Assembly (NCBI GenBank): GCA_965370495.1 | Contig: CBDUUV010000001.1 | Location: forward strand, 1 to 56,366 | Direction: 5' to 3' | DNA length: 56,366 nt | From: an uncultured bacterium | Lineage (GTDB): Bacteria > Krumholzibacteriota > Krumholzibacteriia > Krumholzibacteriales > Krumholzibacteriaceae | Part shown: in pieces, positions 1 through 8,035 of the stretch | Layout of the letters: every line of letters begins with the position of its first letter | Position numbering within the stretch: position 1 is the stretch's first letter | Translations under genes and position numbers: made by a program | Notes under the pieces: model-generated | Databases searched by the model: none | Told to the model about the DNA's origin: nothing | The model's input: the letters and a program-made list of their open reading frames with translations, nothing else

Positions 1-1413
1 CCTCTCTGTGAACCCTTCGAGTACCTTTCTTTTTGTCTCGAGGCTGGTCCTGGCTATTTCCATAAGGTGACCGAGGCGTTGCATGAATTCGGGTTCACAA
101 TCCGAAAGATAGCCTATACGCGGCATATTGATTGTGACAACGCCGATGGAGCCGGTCAGTGGGTTAGCCCCGAAAAGGCCGCCGCCGCGTTTTTCCAGCG
201 ACCGAAGATCAAGTCTCAGCCTGCAGCACATCGATCTGGCATCATCGGGGGAGATGTCGGAATTGATGAAATTGGCAAAGTACGGAATCCCGTATTTCGC
301 TGTTATTTCCCAGAGCTTTTCCAATTCCGGATTGTCCCAGTCAAAATCAGGAGTGATGTTGTAAGTAGGAATGGGAAAAGTAAAAACCCTGCCTTTTGCG
401 TCGCCAGCTGCCAGTATTTCCAGGAAAGCCTTGTTGAACATGAAGATTTCTTCCTGGAATTGGCCATAGGTTTCTTTCTTCAATTCTCCGCCAATGATCA
501 CGGCTTCGTGGGACAGAGTGGAGGGTGGTTGAAGGTCGAAGGTCAGGTTCGTAAATGGAGTCTGGAACCCGACCCTTGTAGCGACATTCAGATTGAAGAC
601 AAATTCCTGAAGCGCCTGTTTGACCTCTCTGTAACTCAATTTGTCATACCTGATGAAAGGGGCGAGGAGAGTGTCAAAATTCGAGAAAGCCTGGGCGCCG
701 GCAGCTTCGCCCTGAAGGGTATAGAAGAAATTTACGATTTGTCCAAGCGCTGTTCGAAAGTGTTTTGCCGGAAGACTCTCGGCCTTGCCGGCGGCTCCCT
801 GAAACCCGCTACGCAGGAGATCCTGAAGGTCCCAACCGACACAATATACGGAAAGAAGTCCAAGGTCGTGGATATGCAGGGCTCCGGACGAATGTGCTTC
901 TCGTACTTCGGCAGTATAGATTTTGTTCAGCCAGTATGTCTTGCTGATTTCACTCGAGATGTAGTTGTTCAGGCCCTGGAGTGAATAGGCCATGTTGCTG
1001 TTTTCCCGGACTTTCCAGTCCAGTTTGTCGAGATAATTATCGATAAGATCCAGGTCCGCTTTCTTAACCATCTCCCTTATCCTGGAGTGCTGGTCCCGGT
1101 ACAGGATATAGGCCTTTGCCGTTTTCTTGAATGGGGATGCAAGAAGTATCTCTTCGACCAGATCCTGTACCCGCTCAACGGTCAGCTCGCTTTCAGGCTG
1201 TATTACCTGGGCAAGGCTCAGGACGCGGATAGAGAGGTTCTGTGCAGTGTCAGCCGTAAATTCACCGGTCGCTTGTCCTGCTTTTCGGATCGCTTTCGTG
1301 ATCTTTTCCATATCAAAGGGGACAACACGGCCGTCTCTTTTTTGTATACTGGTGAAGAAGGTGTTCCGGTTCCCGCTTGAAATTTTCTTTTCCCCTGCTT
1401 GATATGTTTTCAT
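1..1413 (-). CDS. nrdD: Anaerobic (class III) ribonucleoside-triphosphate reductase large subunit, partial. The 3' end and glycyl-radical C-terminus lie outside the window.
   Basis: The gene is missing from the ORF track because it runs off the window edge. My reverse-strand translation from ATG (1413..1411) stays open in frame to position 1 (471 codons). It reads MKTYQAGEKK..RDGRVVPFDMEKITKAIRKA (ATP-cone), ..GALHIHDLG.., ..GFQTPFTNLTFD.., ..SMCCRLRLD.. and ..GSIGVVTINMPR. The listed plus-strand ORFs at 67..1402 are its antisense shadows. Confidence 0.9.
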   Translation of the reverse strand, partial: MKTYQAGEKKISSGNRNTFFTSIQKRDGRVVPFDMEKITKAIRKAGQATGEFTADTAQNLSIRVLSLAQVIQPESELTVERVQDLVEEILLASPFKKTAKAYILYRDQHSRIREMVKKADLDLIDNYLDKLDWKVRENSNMAYSLQGLNNYISSEISKTYWLNKIYTAEVREAHSSGALHIHDLGLLSVYCVGWDLQDLLRSGFQGAAGKAESLPAKHFRTALGQIVNFFYTLQGEAAGAQAFSNFDTLLAPFIRYDKLSYREVKQALQEFVFNLNVATRVGFQTPFTNLTFDLQPPSTLSHEAVIIGGELKKETYGQFQEEIFMFNKAFLEILAAGDAKGRVFTFPIPTYNITPDFDWDNPELEKLWEITAKYGIPYFANFINSDISPDDARSMCCRLRLDLRSLEKRGGGLFGANPLTGSIGVVTINMPRIGYLSDCEPEFMQRLGHLMEIARTSLETKRKVLEGFTER

Positions 1414-1639
1414 CCCTTTTCCCTTCGGCCTTATGGCAATACTTGATGCCGGACTTATTGTTGTCCGTGTTTCCCTGTAGTTTCGCTTGAGTACCGTGCG
1501 CCTTGCGGGCGATGTAGACATATGCCTTCAGTATGAGAAAATTCGATGCGCCTGGTGGCAGTGGAAGGAGTGAGTCTTCCGTTAAGATATATAGCTTATT
1601 CTGCCTGGCCAGCCTCGCCTTTTCCTCGAAGGTACGCCT

Positions 1640-1860
1640 GGTCCTTCCCGCGCTTCCCAGCGCAGATTACCGGCAGGTCTTCGGACTTGCAGGCTGTCCG
1701 GTTCCCGGAAGGAACGCCCGTCCTACTCACCACAGCTTCCCAGCTATATCCAGCCAGTGCTTTTTTAATGGTTTTCGTTCCTGCTCACCGCTGCGGGACA
1801 GTCCCGGATTTTCACCGGGTTCCCTCTCTCAGCATGTCAATATATAGCACATGCACCGAT
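1640..1860 (-). promoter_or_regulatory. Cobalamin (B12) riboswitch in the nrdD 5' leader
   Basis: The minus-sense RNA reads GAGAGGGAACCCGGUGAAAAUCCGGGACUGUCCCGCAGCGGUGAGCAGGAACG (conserved core), then GCACUGGCUGG..GCUGGGAAGC, then the B12 box AGUCCGAAGACCUGCCGG (plus coordinates 1670..1687). About 250 nt of expression platform separate the box from the ATG at 1413. The outer boundaries are approximate. Confidence 0.85.
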
Positions 1861-1882
1861 AACAGACCACAATATATAGTAT
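1835..1882 (-). promoter_or_regulatory. Tandem NrdR-box-like operators
   Basis: CCACAATATATAGTAT (1867..1882) matches the 16-bp NrdR palindrome acaCwAtATaTwGtgt at 14 of 16 positions by my count. A second, weaker box TGTCAATATATAGCAC (1835..1850) matches about 10 of 16. The identical core CAATATATAG occurs at 1838 and 1870, exactly 32 bp apart, which is the typical tandem NrdR spacing. Box 1 overlaps the -10 element. Confidence 0.6.
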
Positions 1883-1900
1883 GAGTATAATCAGTGTCAA
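1873..1900 (-). promoter_or_regulatory. Sigma-70-type promoter for the nrdD leader
   Basis: On the minus strand there is TTGACA (1900..1895), a 16-nt spacer and TATATA (1878..1873), directly upstream of the riboswitch. Confidence 0.55.
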
Positions 1901-2009
1901 TAGAAATCAGGAAATATATATCAGGGTGGACCCGGTGTAGCAATCAGGAATAATCCGGGAAAAAGTAATAATTCATTTGACAGGAGAGGGAAGTACTGCT
2001 TAATTAGTA

Positions 2010-2435
2010 ATGGTTACTATTAGCAGAAAGTTGAGTATCTTGTCAGAGATCAGAATAACCAGGCAGCGAAAAGTGATCCTTGAAGAATTGAGGAGAAACA
2101 AGACGCATCCTACAGCGGACGAACTCTACGAGAGTGTCAGGCGAAGGCTTCCCAGGATAAGCCTTGGGACCGTCTACAGAAACCTTGAACTTCTTTCAAG
2201 GTGTGGAGAGATCCGGAAGCTCGAGCAGAGTGGGTCGCAAATGCGTTTTGATGGAGACCTGACAGATCATCACCATATCAGGTGCGAGAAATGTGGGAAG
2301 ATCCGTGATATCAGGGGGCTTCCAGTGTGTGATATATGCGAACAGAAACATCTGGAGGATACGGGATACAGGTTGATCACCACAAGAGTTGAGTTGATCG
2401 GGCTCTGCCCTGAATGCCAGGGGGCGGAAGAATAG
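2010..2435 (+). CDS. Fur-family transcriptional regulator (Fur/Zur/PerR type)
   Basis: The 141-aa product has the winged-helix N-terminus RITRQRKVILEELRRNKTHPTADELY..ISLGTVYRNLELL. It also has DHHHIRCEKCGK and CPEC metal-site motifs. Confidence 0.85.
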   Translation: MVTISRKLSILSEIRITRQRKVILEELRRNKTHPTADELYESVRRRLPRISLGTVYRNLELLSRCGEIRKLEQSGSQMRFDGDLTDHHHIRCEKCGKIRDIRGLPVCDICEQKHLEDTGYRLITTRVELIGLCPECQGAEE

Positions 2436-2467
2436 CGAATCCGGTGCAAATGGGGAAGGGAAAACAC

Positions 2468-3328
2468 ATGGTTGCGAAAAAGAGCATGTCAAAGGCCCTG
2501 AATGAGTTGTACGCGAGGTATGACAGCAGGGATCATGTGGATCCCGATCCACTCCTGTTCCTGTTCGGATATCAGAATGTGCGTGACCGGGAGGTAGTGG
2601 GGCTCATAGCCTCATCGCTGGCTTTCGGGAGCGTTCGTCAGATAATAAAGAGTATAGGGAAAGTGCTTGGGCAGATGGGAGATTCACCCGCAGATTATGT
2701 CATGGGATCAAGCGGGGACTCGCTGAAAAGCGACATGGGAGGATTCAGACACAGGTGGGCTGATGAAAATGACCTGATTGACCTGCTTGCCGGTACCGGG
2801 AGAGTCATCAGAGAACATGGATCTCTTGAAAAATCTTTTATGCGGGGGTTTTCTCATCAGGATGAGGATGTTGTTCCAGCCCTGATATCATTTGTCAGCG
2901 AGATTGTGGGAGATGAAAAGGTCAACCGCCTGTTGCCTTCTCCGGCACGGGGGAGTGCCTGCAAGAGGTTGAATCTTTTCCTGAGATGGATGGTGCGTGT
3001 CGATGGGGTCGATCCTGGCGGGTGGAAGGCTGTGCCTGCCTCAAAATTATTGATACCCCTGGACGTGCATATGCATAGACTCGGAATCTTGCTGGGGATG
3101 ACTGACAGAAAACAGGGTGACCTGAAAACAGCGAGAGAGATCACGGATGGATTGAGGGAATACGCACTTGATGATCCTGTAAAATACGATTTTGCTCTCA
3201 CAAGGCTTGGGATAAGGCGTGACGATGACAGGGAGAAATTGTTGATGAAACTCGGAATATGGATCGATGGAACAGGAAAACCGGCGCCCTATGGCCGGAA
3301 ATCCGGTTATCAAGGGAGAACAAATTGA
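2468..3328 (+). CDS. TIGR02757 / DUF2400 family protein
   Basis: The hallmark GSACKRLNLFLRWMVR..DGVDPGGW..LLIPLDVHMHR and DPVKYDFALTRLG motifs are present. The ORF is open from 2414. I chose the ATG at 2468 because it lies downstream of the fur stop at 2435. The start is uncertain. Confidence 0.7.
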   Translation: MVAKKSMSKALNELYARYDSRDHVDPDPLLFLFGYQNVRDREVVGLIASSLAFGSVRQIIKSIGKVLGQMGDSPADYVMGSSGDSLKSDMGGFRHRWADENDLIDLLAGTGRVIREHGSLEKSFMRGFSHQDEDVVPALISFVSEIVGDEKVNRLLPSPARGSACKRLNLFLRWMVRVDGVDPGGWKAVPASKLLIPLDVHMHRLGILLGMTDRKQGDLKTAREITDGLREYALDDPVKYDFALTRLGIRRDDDREKLLMKLGIWIDGTGKPAPYGRKSGYQGRTN

Positions 3329-4593
3329 AGGAATTTATTCTGAAATTTTTTCTCGAACTGATTCAGACGACGCAGGAAATGTCTCCGTACCTGATTTTCG
3401 GGTTTTTCATGGCCGGAATACTTTCGGTGTTTATCAATCCGGAGACGGTTGAAAACCACCTTGGAGGAAAGGGCCTGCTGCAGGTCGTCAAAGCATCTCT
3501 TTTTGGTGTTCCATTGCCTCTCTGCTCATGTGGAGTGATCCCTGTTGCAGCATCGTTGAGAAGGCATGGTGCGGGCAAGGGTGCTACGACATCTTTTCTC
3601 ATATCTACGCCGCAGACAGGAGTTGACAGCATCTTTATTACTTTAAGCCTTTTGGGGCCTGTTTACGCGATTTTCAGGCCTCTTGTCGCTTTCGCGAGCG
3701 GGATTGTGGGCGGGATGGCCGTCAACCTGTTTGATGATGATGACGGCGGCCGTTCTGGCCCGGCGGGTTGCGGGGATTATTGTTGTACCACCGATAATGT
3801 TGGCAAGAAGATCACGGAAGTTTTCAGGTATGGATTTCGCACGCTGCCCGCGGATATCGGCAAGGCGCTGATATTCGGCATACTGGTCGCGGCGGTTATT
3901 GGCGCTGTAATACCGGATGATTTCCTTGTAGGTATTCTGGGTGGGGGGATAATTGCCATGCTGGTCATGATGGCACTCGGCATTCCGGTGTATGTCTGTG
4001 CTACCGCGTCAGTTCCTATTGCAGCGGCTCTTATTGCCAAAGGAGTTTCTCCCGGCGCAGCACTTGTATTCCTTATGACGGGGCCGGCGACAAACGCCGC
4101 AACAATTATGACGGTCAGCAGAGTGATGGGAAAAATGACTATGGGTATATATCTGGCCACAGTGGCGGTTTCTGCCGTTGTTGCCGGCTTGCTGCTCGAT
4201 CTGATATATCATTCTCCGGCTGTTTCGCCTGCTGGCGTGATGCCTTTCATGATACCCGTCTGGATCAAATCCGTCAGCGCCGTGATCCTTGCGGGTATTA
4301 TTGCGGCTTCTTTTATTTCCCGAAAGAAGGGGGAGAGCGAGAAGATGATAATGCCTGAATCAGGAGAGAGCGTTGTTACTGTCAGCATCAAGGGGATGAC
4401 ATGTGAACATTGTGTTAAAAGCGTAGAACGTTCTTTGAGAGAGACCCCTGGTGTAGAAACAGTGGAAGTCGATCTGAAAAAGGGTGAGGCCAGGATACGG
4501 GGCAGGGAATTGGACGAAATACAGCTTGCCGGGTCCGTGGAGGTTCTTGGATACAAAGTTACCGGGACACAAAGCAAGGGGCTGGATAAATGA
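3325..4593 (+). CDS. ArsP/DUF318-type permease (SO_0444-like putative metal efflux transporter) with a C-terminal heavy-metal-associated (HMA) domain
   Basis: The protein has multiple TM segments, the motif LCSCGVIPVAASLRRHGAGKGATTSFLISTPQTGVDSI, and a C-terminal VTVSIKGMTCEHCVKSVERSL (MxCxxC HMA fold). A likely TTG start at 3325 overlaps the upstream TGA as TTGA. The ORF is open from 3259. Confidence 0.75.
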   Translation: MKEFILKFFLELIQTTQEMSPYLIFGFFMAGILSVFINPETVENHLGGKGLLQVVKASLFGVPLPLCSCGVIPVAASLRRHGAGKGATTSFLISTPQTGVDSIFITLSLLGPVYAIFRPLVAFASGIVGGMAVNLFDDDDGGRSGPAGCGDYCCTTDNVGKKITEVFRYGFRTLPADIGKALIFGILVAAVIGAVIPDDFLVGILGGGIIAMLVMMALGIPVYVCATASVPIAAALIAKGVSPGAALVFLMTGPATNAATIMTVSRVMGKMTMGIYLATVAVSAVVAGLLLDLIYHSPAVSPAGVMPFMIPVWIKSVSAVILAGIIAASFISRKKGESEKMIMPESGESVVTVSIKGMTCEHCVKSVERSLRETPGVETVEVDLKKGEARIRGRELDEIQLAGSVEVLGYKVTGTQSKGLDK

Positions 4594-5447
4594 AAAGACA
4601 GATTATCACTATCGATGAAGAAAAATGCAACGGTTGCGGGCTTTGCCTTCCAAATTGTCCTGAAGGCGCTCTGCAGATCATCGATGGAAAAGCGAGGTTG
4701 ATAAGTGATCTGTTCTGTGACGGGCTTGGAGCCTGCATTGGCCATTGTCCTGAAGGAGCCATCACGACCGAGATGAGGGAAGCGGAAGAATATGACGAAA
4801 AACGAGTTATGGAAAACATAGTCAAGCAGGGCGAGAACGTGATCAAAGCTCATCTCCAGCATCTGCTTGATCATGGAGAGATCGATCTTCTTGTGCAGGG
4901 CATGGAATTTCTGAAGGATAACGATTATGATATTCCAGAGGATATCATGGCTTCCCTCTGTCCGGCTGCGGGTAAGCCGGTTCACAGTGCTGGACACGGA
5001 GGAGGATGTCCCGGGTCGAGCGTGGTCGAAATCGCAGCCGCGCCCGGCGGGGAAGAAGCCATGGCACCTGGCCCTGTGCCATCGAGATTGGGACAATGGC
5101 CTGTTCAGATCAAACTCGTGCCGCCTCACGCGGCTTTTCTGAGCGGTGCCGATCTGTTGATAGCAGCGGATTGTGTACCTTTTGCCTATGCTGATTTCCA
5201 TAATCGTTTCCTTGCCGGTAAGGTATGCCTGGTCGGTTGCCCCAAACTCGATGACGCGGGATACTATCTTGAGAAACTCACGGCGATTTTTTCCGTAAAC
5301 GATATTCGATCTATCACTGTTGTCTATATGGAAGTACCGTGCTGTTCCGGAATGGTCAAACTGGTCGAGAGTGCTGTGAGGGCATCAGGCAAAGATATAC
5401 CGGTCGGCAAGCAGATGATCGGCATAAAGGGTGATGAACTCGGATAG
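4590..5447 (+). CDS. 4Fe-4S dicluster domain protein
   Basis: Ferredoxin motifs CNGCGLCLPNCP and CDGLGACIGHCP are present, and the C-terminal half is Cys-rich (GCPKLDD, EVPCCSG). Its ATG overlaps the permease stop as ATGA, which suggests translational coupling. Confidence 0.75.
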   Translation: MKRQIITIDEEKCNGCGLCLPNCPEGALQIIDGKARLISDLFCDGLGACIGHCPEGAITTEMREAEEYDEKRVMENIVKQGENVIKAHLQHLLDHGEIDLLVQGMEFLKDNDYDIPEDIMASLCPAAGKPVHSAGHGGGCPGSSVVEIAAAPGGEEAMAPGPVPSRLGQWPVQIKLVPPHAAFLSGADLLIAADCVPFAYADFHNRFLAGKVCLVGCPKLDDAGYYLEKLTAIFSVNDIRSITVVYMEVPCCSGMVKLVESAVRASGKDIPVGKQMIGIKGDELG

Positions 5448-5512
5448 ACCGGGAGACGAGGCCTCGGCCGGAGTCTCGAATCATGACAGAGTCTACCTCT
5501 GGTCCATGGAAA

Positions 5513-5941
5513 TCAGTTCTGGTCATTCGGTAGAGGCCTGGAACGATTCCGCTTCAGCATGCCGCGCCGTTTCTTTTCAGTCAGCCTGCGCTGCTTCACG
5601 AATCCCGGAGTGCGGAGTTTTTTGCGCGGCGGGTCGACGTGCAAGGCCTGCAGGATGAGCTCGGCAAACCTCTCGATAGCGGCACTGCGGTTTGCGTTTT
5701 GAGTCCTGAATTTTTGGGAATGGACTCTCAGTATGCCCTGTTTGTTTATCCTGCCTGGAAGTTTTTCCATGATCAGGCGCTTCTGGTTATCGTCCAGGGC
5801 GGATGAAGCGCCGACATCGAATTGAAGAGTCACCCTGGTGTTGACCCTGTTGACGTTCTGCCCCCCGGGTTTGCTGCTTGAAGAGAAGGTAAGCCTGATC
5901 TCGGTATCCGGTATTTCCAGTTTTTCATCTATCTTTATCAT
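5513..5941 (-). CDS. arfB: Alternative ribosome-rescue factor ArfB (peptidyl-tRNA hydrolase, GGQ family)
   Basis: The motif SSSKPGGQNVNRVNTRVTLQFD (GGQ) is present, with a basic C-terminal tail KKRRGMLKRNR. I chose the start at MIKIDEK for family length. The ORF is open to 6031. Confidence 0.85.
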   Translation of the reverse strand: MIKIDEKLEIPDTEIRLTFSSSSKPGGQNVNRVNTRVTLQFDVGASSALDDNQKRLIMEKLPGRINKQGILRVHSQKFRTQNANRSAAIERFAELILQALHVDPPRKKLRTPGFVKQRRLTEKKRRGMLKRNRSRPLPNDQN

Positions 5942-6187
5942 TCGAGTGCCCCTCATTGCGGACCCCTGTGTCTGACCATGCGGGATTATAACCAACATAC
6001 ATGTAAAATGTTGAGTTATTTCTGTTGGCATGATAGCCTTGTATTTCTTAAAGTACAGGTCATATATGATCTGGGCGACAGGAAAATTTGATTCCGGGGA
6101 TGCGTATTGATTGCAGATGGTGATAAGTGCGCGTTCCGGAAAAGTGCAATCTGTCCCGGGTTTTCATTATTATCTGGAGGTGTGTTC

Positions 6188-7936
6188 GTGAAATCGTTTT
6201 TCAAGTCTTTCCTGGCAGCTTTTCTGGCGATATGTATGGTATTGCTGATTGCAGTCGTTATCATGGTTTCGGTGGTTTCAGTAGTTTCCAAATCCGGTAA
6301 AGCTGACAAGATAGAAAACCATTCCTGGCTCGTAATCGATATACATGGCGAGATATCGGAATACTCCCCCCCGGTCAATCTGATAGCGGAGATCGTTGGA
6401 GGGAAAGGCGAGTCGCTGCAGCGTATTCTCTGTAACCTGGAAAAAGTCTGCGTAGATGACCGTATGGAAGGTGTGATTATCAAAATGTCGGCCAATAACG
6501 GCGCCGGCAGGGCGATGATTGAAGAGATAAGAGGGGCTATCGGGAAGGTACAGGAAGCCGGCAAAAAAGTATACGGATTCTCGGATTCGATGGACAGGGG
6601 AATTTACTATCTGGCAAGCGCGTGCGATTCGATCTTCATGCCGTCGACCGGCTATATGTCATTCATCGGGTATTCTGTAACGACAGAACACTTCCTCGGA
6701 ACACTGGAGAAGCTTGGCATCAAGCATAATCTTCATAAGATCAAGGATTACAAAAGCGCCGCCGAAATGTTTGTCAGCAAAAAGATGTCCCCTGCCGCGA
6801 GAGAAAACAAGGAATGGATCCTTGATGAGTTCTGGACCATGTTCTGCGAAGCGATCGAGGCTGATCGCGGCATCTCGGAGGAACAGCTGATCAATGCCAT
6901 GGACCACGCGCTTTTCTTGCCCCGGGATGCGATGGAGATCGGTTTGATAGACGGCCTGAAATACTGGGATGAGATCGAGAGCATGCTCAAACCCGATGGC
7001 GATAAAACACTTCGCACAGTATCCCAGAGCCAGTATGCCGATGTGAAGCCGGAAAAGCTCGGGCTTAAAGGGGATAAAAAGATAGCGGTGATCCATGCCC
7101 AGGGGATGATCGGCGGACGGAAAAACAGGATCGATCCAATGCTGGGAATCATGATGGGGCATGAATCGATCGTTGCAGAGTTGAAAAAAGCACAGAAGGA
7201 TGATGATGTCGCCGCTATCGTATTTCGTATCGATAGTGGGGGCGGAGAAAGCCTTGCCAGTGATCTGATCGGTCACCAGGTGGAAGTAACCGCCGGGATC
7301 AAACCGGTAATAGTATCGATGGTCGATGTCGCCGCATCGGGAGGGTACATGATCGCTTACAGGGCGACGAAGATTGTGGCCAACCCGATGACGATCACAG
7401 GTTCAATAGGTTCGATCAGCGGAAAGATGAACATTTCCGGTTTTAACGACAAGCTTGGTATATCGCACGACTTTGTTACGAAGGGGCCGCGAGCGCTCAT
7501 CTATTCTCCCTATAAAGATTTTTCACAGGATGAGTGGGAAATATTCACCGCCAATCACTGGGCGGGGTTCAATGAATGGCTCCAGGGTGTCGCTGATTAC
7601 AGGAAAATGACTTTCCAGGAAGCTGAGAAGCTCGCCCACGGGAGGGTATGGTCAGGGCGGCAGGGTAAAGATAACGGCCTTGTCGATGAACTCGGCGGGT
7701 TGGACCGGGCTATAGAACTTGCTATGGAACTGGCCGGGCTTCCCGCGGATGAAGGGGTGACAATCAAACATTTTCCTGTGAAAAAAAGCCTGTTAGAGGG
7801 ATTGCTCGACGATGGTAATTTTACTGTGGCTGCGAAATATGTCATTTACAGGTATATCAGGGATGACCTGGCGGAGACGTGGAACATGGTGACGCGTTCA
7901 CACCTGTATATGATGGAGGGGTTTGATATAGAATAG
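6188..7936 (+). CDS. sppA: Signal peptide peptidase SppA, 67K (two-domain) type
   Basis: There is an N-terminal TM segment, duplicated ClpP/crotonase-like halves and the motif VDVAASGGYMIAYRA. A GGAGG at 6176..6180 favours the GTG at 6188. The ORF is open from 6107. Confidence 0.85.
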   Translation: MKSFFKSFLAAFLAICMVLLIAVVIMVSVVSVVSKSGKADKIENHSWLVIDIHGEISEYSPPVNLIAEIVGGKGESLQRILCNLEKVCVDDRMEGVIIKMSANNGAGRAMIEEIRGAIGKVQEAGKKVYGFSDSMDRGIYYLASACDSIFMPSTGYMSFIGYSVTTEHFLGTLEKLGIKHNLHKIKDYKSAAEMFVSKKMSPAARENKEWILDEFWTMFCEAIEADRGISEEQLINAMDHALFLPRDAMEIGLIDGLKYWDEIESMLKPDGDKTLRTVSQSQYADVKPEKLGLKGDKKIAVIHAQGMIGGRKNRIDPMLGIMMGHESIVAELKKAQKDDDVAAIVFRIDSGGGESLASDLIGHQVEVTAGIKPVIVSMVDVAASGGYMIAYRATKIVANPMTITGSIGSISGKMNISGFNDKLGISHDFVTKGPRALIYSPYKDFSQDEWEIFTANHWAGFNEWLQGVADYRKMTFQEAEKLAHGRVWSGRQGKDNGLVDELGGLDRAIELAMELAGLPADEGVTIKHFPVKKSLLEGLLDDGNFTVAAKYVIYRYIRDDLAETWNMVTRSHLYMMEGFDIE

Positions 7937-8035
7937 GGGGGGGCCCTGGCTGATTTGATTATGTGGGGGGGGTGGCGCCGCTGCTTGAAGGGCCCGCTCC
8001 CCTTTTTATCAGGTTCTGACGAAGGAGTGTGATCA

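Noticed and set aside
67-1402. Plus-strand ORFs (305, 78, 60, 97 and 91 aa) cover the first 1.4 kb.
   Set aside because: They are antisense shadows of the minus-strand nrdD reading frame. That frame is open across the whole region and carries unmistakable class III RNR motifs. The plus-strand products have no recognisable motifs.
1533-1884. Two overlapping plus-strand ORFs (104 and 112 aa) lie in the nrdD-fur intergenic region.
   Set aside because: They lie exactly over the minus-strand cobalamin riboswitch. Their products are Pro/Ser/Arg-rich with no RBS. The region is better explained as structured leader RNA.
4209-5201. Long antisense ORFs occur here (330 aa) and elsewhere: 8492..9523, 29313..30398, 33583..34638, 38817..39764, 44100..44885 and 51531..52598.
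   Set aside because: Each lies fully inside a confidently assigned gene on the opposite strand (permease/ferredoxin, S9 peptidase, DUF5916, C25 peptidase, tricorn, GldG, carA/carB). Their products are low-complexity and motif-free. These are typical frame -1 shadow ORFs.
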